Below, in pieces: positions 1 to 11,977 of a stretch of DNA of 64,000 nucleotides (positions are counted from its first letter, which is position 1; every line of letters starts with the position of its first letter). This DNA comes from Lama guanicoe (lineage: Eukaryota). A program made the position numbers and the translations under genes. The notes under the pieces are model-generated. The model saw only the letters and a list, made by a program, of their open reading frames with translations. It had not been told where the DNA came from and did no database searches. The DNA lies in the NCBI GenBank assembly GCA_013239625.1, contig MU056000.1, forward strand, positions 1,612,001 through 1,676,000. The letters run 5' to 3'.

Positions 1-1662
1 GTTTTGTTTTCTTCAATTCATTTTTACTCCTTTGAAATTTTCTAAATCTCTGTTGTCTGCATCGACCCCTTTCCGCGGATAGAACACCACTGTGATCGCA
101 GCAGAGGATGCACACATTGTGATATTTGCACTATTCACAGGGCCCTTGATTCTTGCCCTGACGCAATGCACGGTCCGCCAGCATCCCTAACAGAGCCGGG
201 GAGGACTGCCTTCCTCTCTTCAGGGTGGAGGGAGTCCTCAGGGTGGCTCCAGCTCTAGAGAGAAGGCAGCTATAAAACAACTCGGCTCCAAGTCTACACC
301 ACGGTTGAAAGTTACAAATCCACCAAGCTGAAGAGAACTGAGCTCATTAATGCGCCCAAATGCATCGATCTCAGCATTTAGATTACCTTTGCGAGCTTAG
401 AGAAAGCATTTCTGCTTGTAATTATCTTCTCATGAAACGTAATCATAAATGACACTGCAGCCCTGAAATAAAGCAGAGGAAACCGGAGAATTTCATGTGA
501 AATGTGACATTCTACTGTGCTCTTTTTCACAACGTACAAGCTCAAATAATAAGTCAGAGATTAACTCGGCCATTCTTTCATTTACACTTCGCGCAGCAGA
601 TTTCACGTTATTTAAAAAGCTTTATATAAAAGTCATTCAGACGTGAATAATTGAAATTATTTTTAATGATTGTCCCATTAGGGACTCAACTTACACAGAT
701 CTCAGGCTGACCTAGTTTTTCCCTTTCTCTCATCAGCTTATTTTACTGGTGAATTTAAACAGATCCGTCCCTAATGAGATACGTACTTTTCAGACAACAC
801 CGGGAAACAGCTACCTTTAACACGTGTCCTTTGCATCTGTCATCCGCACGTTGTCCCAGAACGGGGTGCCTCGCCGGGTACGTGCACATGCGGGCTTCCT
901 CCGCGAACCCGTCAGTTACGCTGCCAGGACGCTCTTGATGCCTCTGACCTTTCGTTGTGGAGAACGTACATTTAATTAGGAGGAAATCCGGGCCTATGAT
1001 GTCATAGGTCAAGGCGTGCGTGGCTGCCGCCTGGGAGGGGCTCTGCGTAGGAGCGCGGAAGTCGAAGCCCCGTCACCAAGCCGCACAGCTCACCGGGGGC
1101 CTGGCCTCTCATTCCGCCCAGCTGGGATGCGGGCTGCTCCCCAGTCAAAATAAACCAATTTTAAAGGATGCAAACATGACTTCAACCTTTGAAAATGTGA
1201 ATATTCATTCTGTCACTAATGTTGATGGAGAGTCAAGGACTTCTCTTCGGACAAGAGTGTGCTCATTGGAGGGAACCCACATCTATGATTTCTAGTTTGT
1301 TCTCATAAAGCCTAATGACCTGTTAAGATACTCACAAAGCTATCTAAGTAGAATTGAGATAGCGACCAAATAGTTTTTTGTTAATTTGCGGAGTTGTATA
1401 ACAGAATGTTTAAATGATGTCTTGATAAGGGCTTTTCAAAGCATGCAGTTGAGGTTTCATTAAAAAAATAACAGTCCTCATACTTGCATCAATACTCGGT
1501 ATTGCACAGACACTGAGTGTTCACTCAGGCGATAGCTCACTGCATGTGTAATGCGATAACAGGGACACTGGGGCCAGGGGACATCGCAGCCGATCCTTGG
1601 TGTATGTGAGATACAGCCTCTGGGGCAGGAGAGAGGCCTGCGGCAGGACTGGCCTCAGCAGC

Positions 1663-1744
1663 ACGCACTCGGGAGCGACGGAGAGACATGTGCGTAGCTG
1701 GGAGAGACGGAGAGATGGGCGCATACTCGGGAGAGATGGAGAGC
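1663..1744. repeat. Degenerate tandem repeat, ~29-bp period, 3 copies
   Basis: Core GGGAG(C/A)GA(C/T)GGAGAG recurs at about 1671, 1700 and 1729. Confidence 0.6.
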
Positions 1745-4360
1745 TGCTAAGGAGGAAAATCAGGAAGGTCTCAGGGAGGTCCGTTTGGTTGCAGCTGTAA
1801 GCGTGTGCTTCCGTCGAGTTCCTGCCCCAGACGCCACGCCAGGCATCTGATCCCACCGCCTGGTGCTCAGGACACACTTTGCTGCCGCGATCCTGCTTAG
1901 CTTCAGGACTCGAGCAGGCAAATCCCACAGCTCCACCAAGAAAGCTAAGCAGGGCCTTAATGGGGAGGTGGCCAGCGAGGGCTCCTTGCTCGGACGCGGT
2001 GCCCGTCCGGCTCCAGGACCAACAGGACAGAAGCTTCTGGTGGGTGAGTGTGTCTGCGGGACAGGCCGCCCCCGCCTGGCCACCTTCTTCTGGCGTTTTG
2101 CATCCATGTCGGTAGTCCTGCCTCCACCGACAGAAACTGGAAACGGGAACAGACAGACGGAACAGGAGCCTTCAGATTATCTGGGGTTTCGTGGATTTGT
2201 TCTCTATTTTCTGTCGGGTAAGAGCTGACAGGAGCCTCTGCCGACCGCGGAGGCCGTCATCACATGGTCTCCCTGGGGGGCTCCACGTGGCCCCCCGCCT
2301 TCCTACCGCAGGAGGATGAAGGGGGGCGCACCCACAGGTGGGTGGCTGAGCGAACGCAGGTGGGCCTTTCCGAGCGGGGTGGGGCGGCTCTCGGCTGTCT
2401 CCGGGCAGCGGGGGGCCTGGAGCCACACCCTCCCTCGTTTCTGCTTCTGGTCATTTGCTCCAGTGTCTTCCCTCCAAGCTCAGAGGGGAGACAGAGCTGC
2501 TGGCCTGAACTGTTTGCTATTTACACCATAGTGGGTCAGAATTCAAACAACAGCAGCAAAGTGCTTGCAAAGTTACGTCTTCTAAAGACTTGACAGGAAA
2601 CACACTTCTCAAGGGACCTACTCGCACGCAGACTTGGTGGCAAAGAAACAGCATTCGCCCTGCGGCCACGGGCAGGTGGGAAGCGAACGGACGCCCCACG
2701 CCCGGTCGTCATCACAAAGGCTGCGCACAGTGCCTCCCTGCCGCCAAGCCAGGGTGCAGGTTCCTGGACACTGGAGATCCCCGTAGGGGTAGGCAGCCCC
2801 CTCCCCCTCCCCCGCGGGGGTAGGGTCTGTTCCATGCACCAGTGAGAAGGGGACGCCCTCCTGGGGCCGAGGAGCTCCTAGGACCACGCGGCTGACACCT
2901 GTGCAGCTGTGAAGGCTGCGGGACACCTGCCATGAGGGCCTGTGGCTCGGTCGGGGTTTGTGCTCAGTGGCTGCCACTCCTACCCGGCTTTGGCCCTTGC
3001 CCCCCTGCAGGTCACACAGATTCACCTTGGACGTGGACGGCAGTGATGCTCGCTCTTCCTAGAGGCAGCACCTGCTCCTCCGCACAGTCACCTGCGAACT
3101 GCATGCCGAAGCCAGTCCAGAGACGGCACCTAATAACAAACACAAGGATGCTCTGCCTGGATGTGACCCGGGTGAGGCCCGGGGCCGGCCTGCCCCACCT
3201 CTCTGACCCCAGCCACCCCACGGGGGGTCAGTGCTATGAGGGTCCCCTTGCTGGCAGGGGAAGCCTGACGCCGAGAGCAGACTGTGTGAGTGTTAACAGC
3301 CAGCTCCCCTCGGCAGCGTTTGCTTGTTTCTGTGGGGTCAGTTTCTGCCCCCAGCCAGTTCCAAGCTGCCTCTGTGAAGTCACCAGACGTGAACGTGGGC
3401 AGCTGTGGGTACAGTCAGCTGCAGGCACCACTGAGAGAGATTAAGGAACGAGTCACCCAAGGGCTGTCACCCTGAACCGGCAGGGCGAGGAGGCATACCC
3501 AGGGCTCCTGGAGGAGCGGAGTCCAGCCTGGGTCATCCCAACGTGCAGGAATTGCTTCTCAGATGAAGCCTTAAAAAATGCAGAAGCCGGAGAGGAGGCC
3601 GGGGCCATCAGAAACCCAGGGGAGCCTCGAAGCGCTGGAGGTTTTGTTTTCTTCTTCCCGGAAACAAGACCGCAGCTCCTCATTCGCTCGTAGGGCCCCC
3701 GGCCCCTGGCAGGCACTGGCGTCCAGAACCAGGGTTCCGCCTCCTTGCCAGGCGCTGTGTCATGTCCAGTCCCAGAGCTTCGCCCCCAACCCGCCCCTCC
3801 CCTCGTGGTTCCCTGGCCCCCACCCCAGGCGCTGCTGCTGCCTCTGTTCAGACTGGAAGAGAGGCGAGCGCAGGCCCACGTGGACGCGTCCCTGTTTACC
3901 TTCTTTGGAGCCAGGTTTGTGACCATCTCATTGCTCCCAGAACCTGCTTTCCAAGGGCTCCTGATGCTTGGCTGCACCCCTTGCCGGGAACATTCCAACC
4001 CAAACCCGGGGACGCCACCGCCTTTGTCTTTCGGCAAGCCTTGTCTGCGGGGACCCGCCCTGCTGCAGGACGAGCCGCCCCCAGCTACAGGGACCACCTG
4101 TGCCAACGGTGAGGGCGGCAAGGCTGCCGAGGGGACGTGTGCGGCCAGGGACCCAGAGCCGGGGGCTGCGGGTGGCTCCACACTGCGGCCCGTTCCTGGG
4201 CACCGGTGGGAAGGTGGCTCCACGTCCCGCCAGCTGCCCCAGCTCTCAGTGGTGAGGGGCGGGGACCCTGCACGGCTGTGTGGAGCCAGCTTCTCTCTGC
4301 GGAGAGTCATGCGCACCCGCAGGCCACAGTCTGTGTCCATAAAGTCATGTAACATTGCAG

Positions 4361-4760
4361 AGCAAGTGCAGTCAGACCGAGAAAGACAAATACCACAGAA
4401 CGTCACTTGCATGTGCAATCTAAACAAATGACACAATGAACTTGTCTACAAGGCAGAGGCAGACCACAGACACAGAAAACGAACATCTGGTCACCAGAGG
4501 GGACAGGCGGCGGTGGGGATACATTAGGAGTTTGGGATCAACGGATACTCACCGCTGTGTGTAAAGCAGATAACAAAGGACCTGCTCCTGCAGAGCACGG
4601 GGAACTGTGACAACCTGCAACGGGAAAGAGGCCGGAAAAGAGAGTGTGTGCGTGTGACTGAGTCGCCGCGCTGCACACCTGCACCTGGCACGGCGCTGCA
4701 GGGCCACCGCACTTCCACAAGAATAAATAAAATAAAATCATGAAATAAAACAAGATAAAA
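4361..4760 (+). mobile_element. LINE-1 3' end (cetartiodactyl/L1MA-type), 5'-truncated and strongly GC-shifted
   Basis: GTCAGACCGAGAAAGACAAATACC ... TAGGAGTTTGGGAT ... GAGCACGGGGAACT ... GTGACTGAGTC followed by an A-rich tail (4721-4760). It aligns with the L1 3' ends at 41490-41700 (+) and 36110-36500 (-) in this window. Confidence 0.9.
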
Positions 4761-7700
4761 GCTTGTGCTGCCGCTTCCAGGTGGGCGCCTCCGGACAGGG
4801 AGCTACCGCGCACCTGGCCGTTCCCGTCAGGCAGGCAGCCCGCGGGGGCCTGGGCTTCTCCCGTCACCTGAGGTGGACTCGCTCCTCCAGCCGTGAGCGC
4901 AGCGCTGGAGCAACAGGAAGCTGATTCCTCTCCACCCTCCTCCGCCCAGCCGGTGGGCGTGGACGTGGACATGTCCACGGCTGCAGGATGTGACAGGACT
5001 GGACCTGGGTGCCACAGGGTGTGATCCGGGGATGACGCCCCTCCCTGCGCCGGGCGCCTTCCCCCTGCCGAGCGCCTGGACCCGGGCTTTTGAGAACAGG
5101 GGCCACTCAGGAGCAGCAGCAGTTGGGCTGGAAGGACCCGGGCGCTGGTCAGATGCCACAGATCCCCGCGGGGTCCTGGGCCAAAGCCACCCCGAGGTCC
5201 CGCAGGCTTGAGGTGACACTCATTCCTCCAAGTGACCCCATCCGTGCACTGACGCGAGCTGCCCAGGGAACCTGAGAAGGTGCTGGTGGAGGGCGATGAC
5301 TGTCCCAGAGGTGCTGCAGGGCCCGGGAAGAGCTGTCCCTCATCACCGCTTGGACTGAGTGCCCTGTTCCGGTGGCTTCAGAAGTCCAGTGGCCTAGTTC
5401 AGATGAACGTTTTCACGCCGTAGGTGCGGTCGCACGGGCCGCTCATCCGTTTGCATCTCCGTGTGCGGCGAGTCTGAGAGAACTGTGAGGTTCAGTGCAG
5501 GAGACCCGGCCCAGGTTGCGTAGACTTGGCTTTAAAGATCATTGCGCACCAGGGATACTGGTGTCGAATTCCCGTGCGGCCGCGCAGGACACTGTTGTAA
5601 GTGGACAGGAGGCGTCCTTACACGGTGAGCAATCCGTGTCCCACGACAGAACCCTCTCAAGACGTCCTCGCTCACCTGATCCTGGCTCGCATGAAGCGAA
5701 GAGGTGGCTGTCCCGTACACCCACCTCAAATTTGAATTGACTGTTTGTTCAGCACTAAGTAAAACGCAGCTTTGTCAACTATCACCTCGTCCTCCCGCCC
5801 GGGGAGACCCGGCTGATTGCTTCTTAAAGCCACGGATACACAAAGTAAAAATCTATAGCTGCATTAGTTGCAGGTTACCGGTCAATATGTGTTCATTACA
5901 TAGTGTGTGCATTCTGTTCGGACTACAGTGTCATTTGTTTTCTATTTTTATTAGCTTTGATCACACAACAAGGCTTTTTTTTTACCTGAAACAGTGAATC
6001 TGCAGCAATACAAGTGCACCCCTGCCTCACGAGAGGCGGTCCGTCTTCGTCAGTGCGGGCAGCGCCCCGCGTGCCAGCCCCTCCCCTCCCAGCGCTCCGT
6101 CTCCATCGCAGGGACAGTCTCAGCAGAAGCAGATACACTGAGCGTCACGGAGGACGTTGCCCACGGAGCTGCGGGCCCCTCAGGCCTCGCCTGCACAGCT
6201 CGCACCGCCCCGGGGTGGCACCGCCGACCGCTGGTCCCGCACGCTTCCTCTGAGGGTTCCCCAATCCACAGCCCGGCCTGGGGAGCACGGGCACTCTCCG
6301 GCCCAGGATCCAGCGTGACATCTCTCGGGAGCTCCCAGGCCTGTGAACGGGCACCACGGCTCCCCCTGCGACTCGGGACTCAGACGAGCCGGGGGAGGAA
6401 ACTGTCAGGCACGCGGACTCGCCGTCGGTTTGCATCCGTTCCCCGCTTTGCCCCCCGTCCCCGCAGCTCTGTTGAGCTGACCTCGATTTTGTTCTTAAGA
6501 TGAGATACGGTCACTTCGTTGTAGTCTTGTATTTAAAAAAAAGAGACCCTTTGTTTGCTTGTTTGTTTTTAAGGAAAAGCCCTCCCCCTACTGTAACGCT
6601 TGTAAACCACACGGAAGAAACGGCCATTTGATTTTGGAACCCTGTCAAAATGACGTACCGGTCACGACATGTGCTGGGCGACCCGGGGCTTCAGCACGCT
6701 CGCTGGCGGCCGCGGTCGTCTGCACCGGGGAGCGGTCTGTCTCTCGCTTGTTCAAGAAGTACGTAAGGTGGTTTTTGTTTCTGTTGTTGATTTAGAGCAA
6801 GTTCTTGATGTTCTTTGGGGGAACAAACACTTTAAATTTTACTCGTTAGGGAGCCTGTTAGAGCTCACGCAAAGCCAGGCTGAAGAACAAACGCTTGCTC
6901 TGTGTCGGGTCACAAGCGGGCACGTTGCGCGGTCCTCCCGGGTTCCCCGCGAGGAGCTCCGGCGCCACCTGGAACTCGGAAAACACCTTCGGAAACCGAG
7001 TGCCCCCAAAGCCAAGCCCCTCTGCCACGTCGGCTCTGCCTCTGTCCCCAGCGCTCCTGTCGCACCCTGCTCCCCGAGCGCTGGCGAGTGTCAAAGACGA
7101 GGGGCCTGCAAGCGGTCAGCGCCCTGACGGACCTCCCTGCGTCGGGCCCTCCTCGTGTTCCAAAAAGCAGACTCTGCAGTAAGTGACTGGGACCCCCGAG
7201 GCCGGGACGCCCGGCTCCTCCGGAGGGGACACACGCAACCACCTGAGGCACGTCTTTGAGCGGCTCTGCTGAAACCAAGACCCCCGCCCGGCGTGTGGTG
7301 GCTGCACGCTGGCCACGGCAGCTGGACCCCAGACTGGCTGGACCCAGAAGGCTGGTGATGCTGCGTCCAGAAACAGCACCCTGTGACCTCAGCACCGGCC
7401 AGTCAGAGGCCGCCAGGAGCTGATCACGCTCCTGCACCCCCACCCCTCGTGTTGCCTTCAAAACCCGTCCCTGAGGCCACGGGGAGTCCGAGCCTTTGGA
7501 GCATGAGCTGCCCGTGCTCCTCGCTCGGCCCTGCAGTTAACGTTGCGCTTCCCTTCGCCACCACCTGGGGGCAGCAGATCAGCTTTGCTGGGTGTCGGGC
7601 GAGTGGACTCGCGTTTGGTTTGGTCACATTTCCCCACTAGTGCATGAAGTGCTCCCCCGTGGATGAAGTGAGCCCCGGGCCCGCACACGAGGGCTCAGCC

Positions 7701-9266
7701 CTCCCTCACGGGTGTACTGGGCACCTCACCTCCACTCGCCGGGACACTTCTCGTCTCACCTTTGAAAATTCTGCACGGTCAGTCTGTTTCCTTCACCCTT
7801 GTCCATGACATCCTCTCAGTATCTTAGAGGAAAACACGACCCTGGTGATCTCTGCTCACTGGGACAGGCGATGGGTGCTCCACGTACACGCTCATCCGGC
7901 GAGAGGTAAGGGGCGAGGCCCCAGCAGGTGGTGAGGCCCTGGGCGGCCGGGTCCACGCTGCAGCCAGGCCGCAGGCGGCTCACTCGCGCCGAGGACGGCT
8001 GTCTGGCCGCAGTGCTTGCTCTCCCCTTCATGTTTTCTTATGACGTTAATTTACAAGACAGTCTGGAAGCTCCAGGAGAAGGAGAAAGGGACCCCTGTTT
8101 TAAAATAACCTCCCTGACCTGGAAGTTTTGATCAGCTCCGATCTGGAGTTGCAGGATGTGTGCACAGGAGGAGGCGTGGCTGTCATTAGCGTGAGTGCCC
8201 TGGGCACGTGGCTAACGTCAGCAGGAGGGCGTCCTGGAGACCAGCAGCAGCCAGATGGGGTTACTGCGCCGGGTGTGAAACGCGCTCATCTGCCATCGCG
8301 GGGCGAGCGCGGCCATTAGCACAGACGGCCTTTCCGGGGCTGGAGTCCTAATGGGCCTCAGGCAGCATGCAGCCTCATTCAGCCGCTCTCCGAAAGTGAT
8401 GCTCCGATTCTACATCAGCGCACGCTTGTGTCTGGGGAAACACAGTTTTAATTTTTAGAAAGAAAAAATAAATAAATGTTCAAAAATTCAAAATGCTCCT
8501 TGAAGTGTCTCACACTCCATGATCTCATGGAGGTGACACTTTATAACCCTAGTGACCCCAAAGTGACCCTTTGGAACTGGACAGATGTCCTATAAAGATA
8601 CAGGCAGGGCTGGGGTGAAAACAGAAGAGAAGCAGGGAAGCTGGGGGAAGTGACCACCTCCAGGTGCGACTTTCTCTGCCCCCGGGGGGAAACGGGAGCA
8701 GTCAGTGTGCTTGGAGGACCGAGCCCACCCCCGGAAGACCCCAGGCCCTACCCCTCCTCCAGGCTGCAGGCAGGCTGCGACTTCTTCCCCTGGATGCCGG
8801 AGCCGGAGCTGATGCCGCCGCCAGCTGCTCGAACCTGCCCGGGGAGGCAGGCACCATCTCCCAGGTAACCTCCGTCAAACGGCCCTGGGGGGTCAGCACT
8901 GTCCCTGACTTCATGGGAAAGCCGAGCCTCAGGCTGTCCTGGTCGGAAGCCCCTGCGGGTGCTGGCCTTGCCCTGAGGACTCACACACATACCCTCACTA
9001 ACCTCACCCCACCAGTCACCTTAATTAGCAGGTGTGATTCAAGGCCTCATTGAGGTCCAGCTGTCGGCCCAGAGTCCAGGGTTCTGGGGACCCCGAGCTG
9101 CAGAGTAGGATCTGGGGGTGCTGGAGGGTCCACCCAGTCCTGGGAGCCTTGCCCAGCTCCTCACCCTCAACCATCTGGCTCCCCCTCCAGGGCTGAGAAA
9201 CCCCTCATTAGAGTGGGTGTCCGCTCCTCAGTGCTGGCCCCCTATGGCCTGCACCCGTGACACAAC

Positions 9267-9528
9267 ACCCTCCACCCCCACGGCCTCCCTCCCCGATGGC
9301 CTCCTTTCCCCATGGCCTCCATCCCCCATGGCCTCCATCGCCACAGCCTCCACCCCCATGGCCTCCATCCCCCATGGCCTCCATCCCCACGGCCTCCACC
9401 CACATGGCCTCCATCCCCCATGGCCTCCATCGCCACGGCCTCCACACCCACAGCCTCCATCCCCCACGGCCTCCATCCCCCTAGGCCTCTGTCCCCACGG
9501 CATCCACCCCCATGGCCTCCATCCCCCA
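9267..9528. repeat. Minisatellite (VNTR), 15/16-bp unit GGCCTCCATCCCC(C)AT, 16 units plus a partial one
   Basis: Units read directly, starting at 9282, 9298, 9314, 9330, 9345, 9360, 9376, 9391, 9406, 9422, 9437, 9452, 9468, 9484, 9499 and 9514. Confidence 0.95.
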
Positions 9529-11846
9529 GTGTCAAACACCAGCCCTGGCCTCCGAGCCCACCGGCCCCTTCCCATGGTGCATCCTGCATGTCCCCCAGGT
9601 AGTGGCTGACACGGGGGCCGGAAGCGTGGGCCTCTGGCCACTGTGCTAGTCCCGCTGCAGGGGATGACGCAGGACACACGGGCTGTCTTCCACGGCCGCC
9701 CTCAGCAAAGGCTTGTTTACTGTTAATAATGACGCCTTTGATTAGAGGCCACGCTTTCTGCGCACGGGCTCTGCTCGCAGCGGACGCGAGTGGCTGTCAG
9801 GCACTGCTGCTTGCGCTGGCGGGTGGGGGCGTCGAGCAGAGCAGGTTAGCAGGTGGGCTTTGCAGGCCTTTCCCGTCAAGGCGCGCGGAGCCTCGCAGAG
9901 CACAGCACCCCCAAGCCCACCACCGGGGCCGCAGAGCCGTCGTCCCAGAGGAACCCCAGGGGATGGAAAACATCGTGAAGGAGTTCACCTTTGTCAGGAT
10001 TTTTTCACGGTTTGGCTGGTCTTGCTCACCACGCGTCCCCATGTGATCCAACCACAGTGACCCCTGTTTACCACAAGGACCTGCTGGCAGGACGCAGCAG
10101 GGGTGATACTCTCTGCTCTCCGTCCCTTGCGGTGAGTGGACTCAGAGGGCCAGCACTGTGGGACAAGGGACAAGGCCGTGTGTGAGGACACACATCATAC
10201 AGGGCAGTGTCACCTGCAGGCAGGAGCCAGGTGGCAGGTGCCTGGTCCAGGCTGGCCTCCCGCATGTTGGGGCTGCAACTGCAGTCTCTCAGCCCCCTCG
10301 CTGCTCACCCCAGCTGCCCCATCTGCCCCACACCTTTTCCAAGTGAGACAACCGTTCCCAGGGGCCACTTGCCAGCAGGACGGCAATTCGCCCAGACATT
10401 GCCCCCTCCCCGATCGTTTCATGACCACTGTCCATCTCCAGCCCTGGTTCCGATGCTCCAGGTCACCAGGCGAGGAGGGTTCGGCCTGTGTGCTGCGTGA
10501 CAGCGGAGAGGAAGCTGGTCTCTGAGCACCTGCGTCTCAGCCTACACTGTGTCCCGTGCACCGTGCACCATGCAGCGTGCTAGGGCTGGACAGGAGCTGC
10601 CCTGGCAGTCCCTGCCGTCTCTGCAGAGCATGGACCTCACCTGCACACGTGTAGTGACCCCAGCCCTTCCCCTGTCCTGGGGATGCAGCGCTGAGAGCAC
10701 CCCACAGTCCTGGAGGGGCCTGGTGCCAGCGGCACATGCACCATTGCTTTTCTGAGGGGCCCATGGGACCTGGACATCCCAGGTGTCAGACGTAAAGGAG
10801 GGCCAGGGCTCCTTGGTTCTGTGTGCAGGTCTGAGGGGTCATCTCAGCGACCCTCAGGGCCCCCGCCTGTGGTCCAGGGCCCAGAACTGGCCCGGACCCG
10901 GAGCTCACCCAGAAGGCGGGGGAGGGCCGTGTCTCTTCGTCATTTAACCTGCATCATGATGAGGACAGACTTCGCCACAGGGTGGTTTGGTTACCACTGG
11001 GCACGTCCATTTTCCCCCTAGATGTAAGCTTTCAGCTGGCCGTTCGCTGTGAGTACCTGATGTAGATCTAGTCTTGACAGTCAGTTCGAAGAGTCTAAAT
11101 CGACCAGGACCTCTCATTTGAAATACTCCTTTAACTTCCCATAAACTAAACTTCCTGAACCACTAAACCCCAACAGTGCAGCCTCTTGAGATAAAATTAA
11201 GGAAAATGATTTCCAAATTTTCCCATTTCCAAAAGCCATCCTGTCACTGACCTTGAGGTCTCCAATGTAAGCAGAGCGGGTCCCTGTGGGGTCCCCAAGC
11301 TGGTGAGGCCCTGGCACAGGTGCAAGAGCAGAGGGGCCTGTCACAGCCAGCACTCACCCCCCGCCCTCCTGTCTGGGAGGGCAGTGCCTTCATCTCCGGA
11401 AGGACGGTGAGGGTCACCCTCGTGGCCGGGAGGACAGCGAGCTGCCCAGGTCCGGCCTCGGAGGGCAGCGGGCCCGCGCAGACGCCGCCTGCCCCGGGAG
11501 CCGGCTAGTTCCCAGGGCGAGCACACCATGATTGATGACCGGCTGCGAGAGGCCCCCCTGTCGCCGTCTCCTGGGGCCTCCGAGACTCTGTGCCCATCCC
11601 CTCCCCTCCCCGGCCCAGGAGTCTCCGAGCTCAGGTCAAAGCAAAGGCAGCTCGGCCGCGCACAGGGCGTGAGGGCTGACCGCTGGGAGAACCGTCAGCC
11701 GCACCGTGTGATGATCAACTGAGCAGTAAATTAATTAATCATCATTTTACGCCTCATCAAGCACTTTGCTGAAACTCTCAGCAGGGGCCTCCCGATGAGC
11801 CAATGGGAGGCAGACTGTTTTGTTTAGCTGGGTGAGGCTTCCATAA

Positions 11847-11977
11847 NNNNNNNNNNNNNNNNNNNNNNNNNNNNNNNNNNNNNNNNNNNNNNNNNNNNNN
11901 NNNNNNNNNNNNNNNNNNNNNNNNNNNNNNNNNNNNNNNNNNNNNNNNNNNNNNNNNNNNNNNNNNNNNNNNNNNNN
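11847..11977. other. Assembly gap (131 N)
   Basis: Run of N. Confidence 1.

Noticed and set aside
3453-4436. Long ORFs (327 aa minus, 228 aa plus)
   Set aside because: Overlapping open frames on both strands, P/G/A/R/S-rich with no recognisable domain, and running into an L1 3' end. Expected by chance at this GC content.
7561-7575. CTCF-like motifs (CCACCTGGGGGCAG here; CTGCCAGATGGCAC at ~51565)
   Set aside because: Partial matches are frequent in GC-rich DNA and cannot be supported without a PWM scan or ChIP data.
9118-9679. Pro/His-rich repetitive ORFs and a CRISPR-like appearance
   Set aside because: Products of the minisatellite. Units are directly adjacent with no unique spacers, and the DNA is mammalian.
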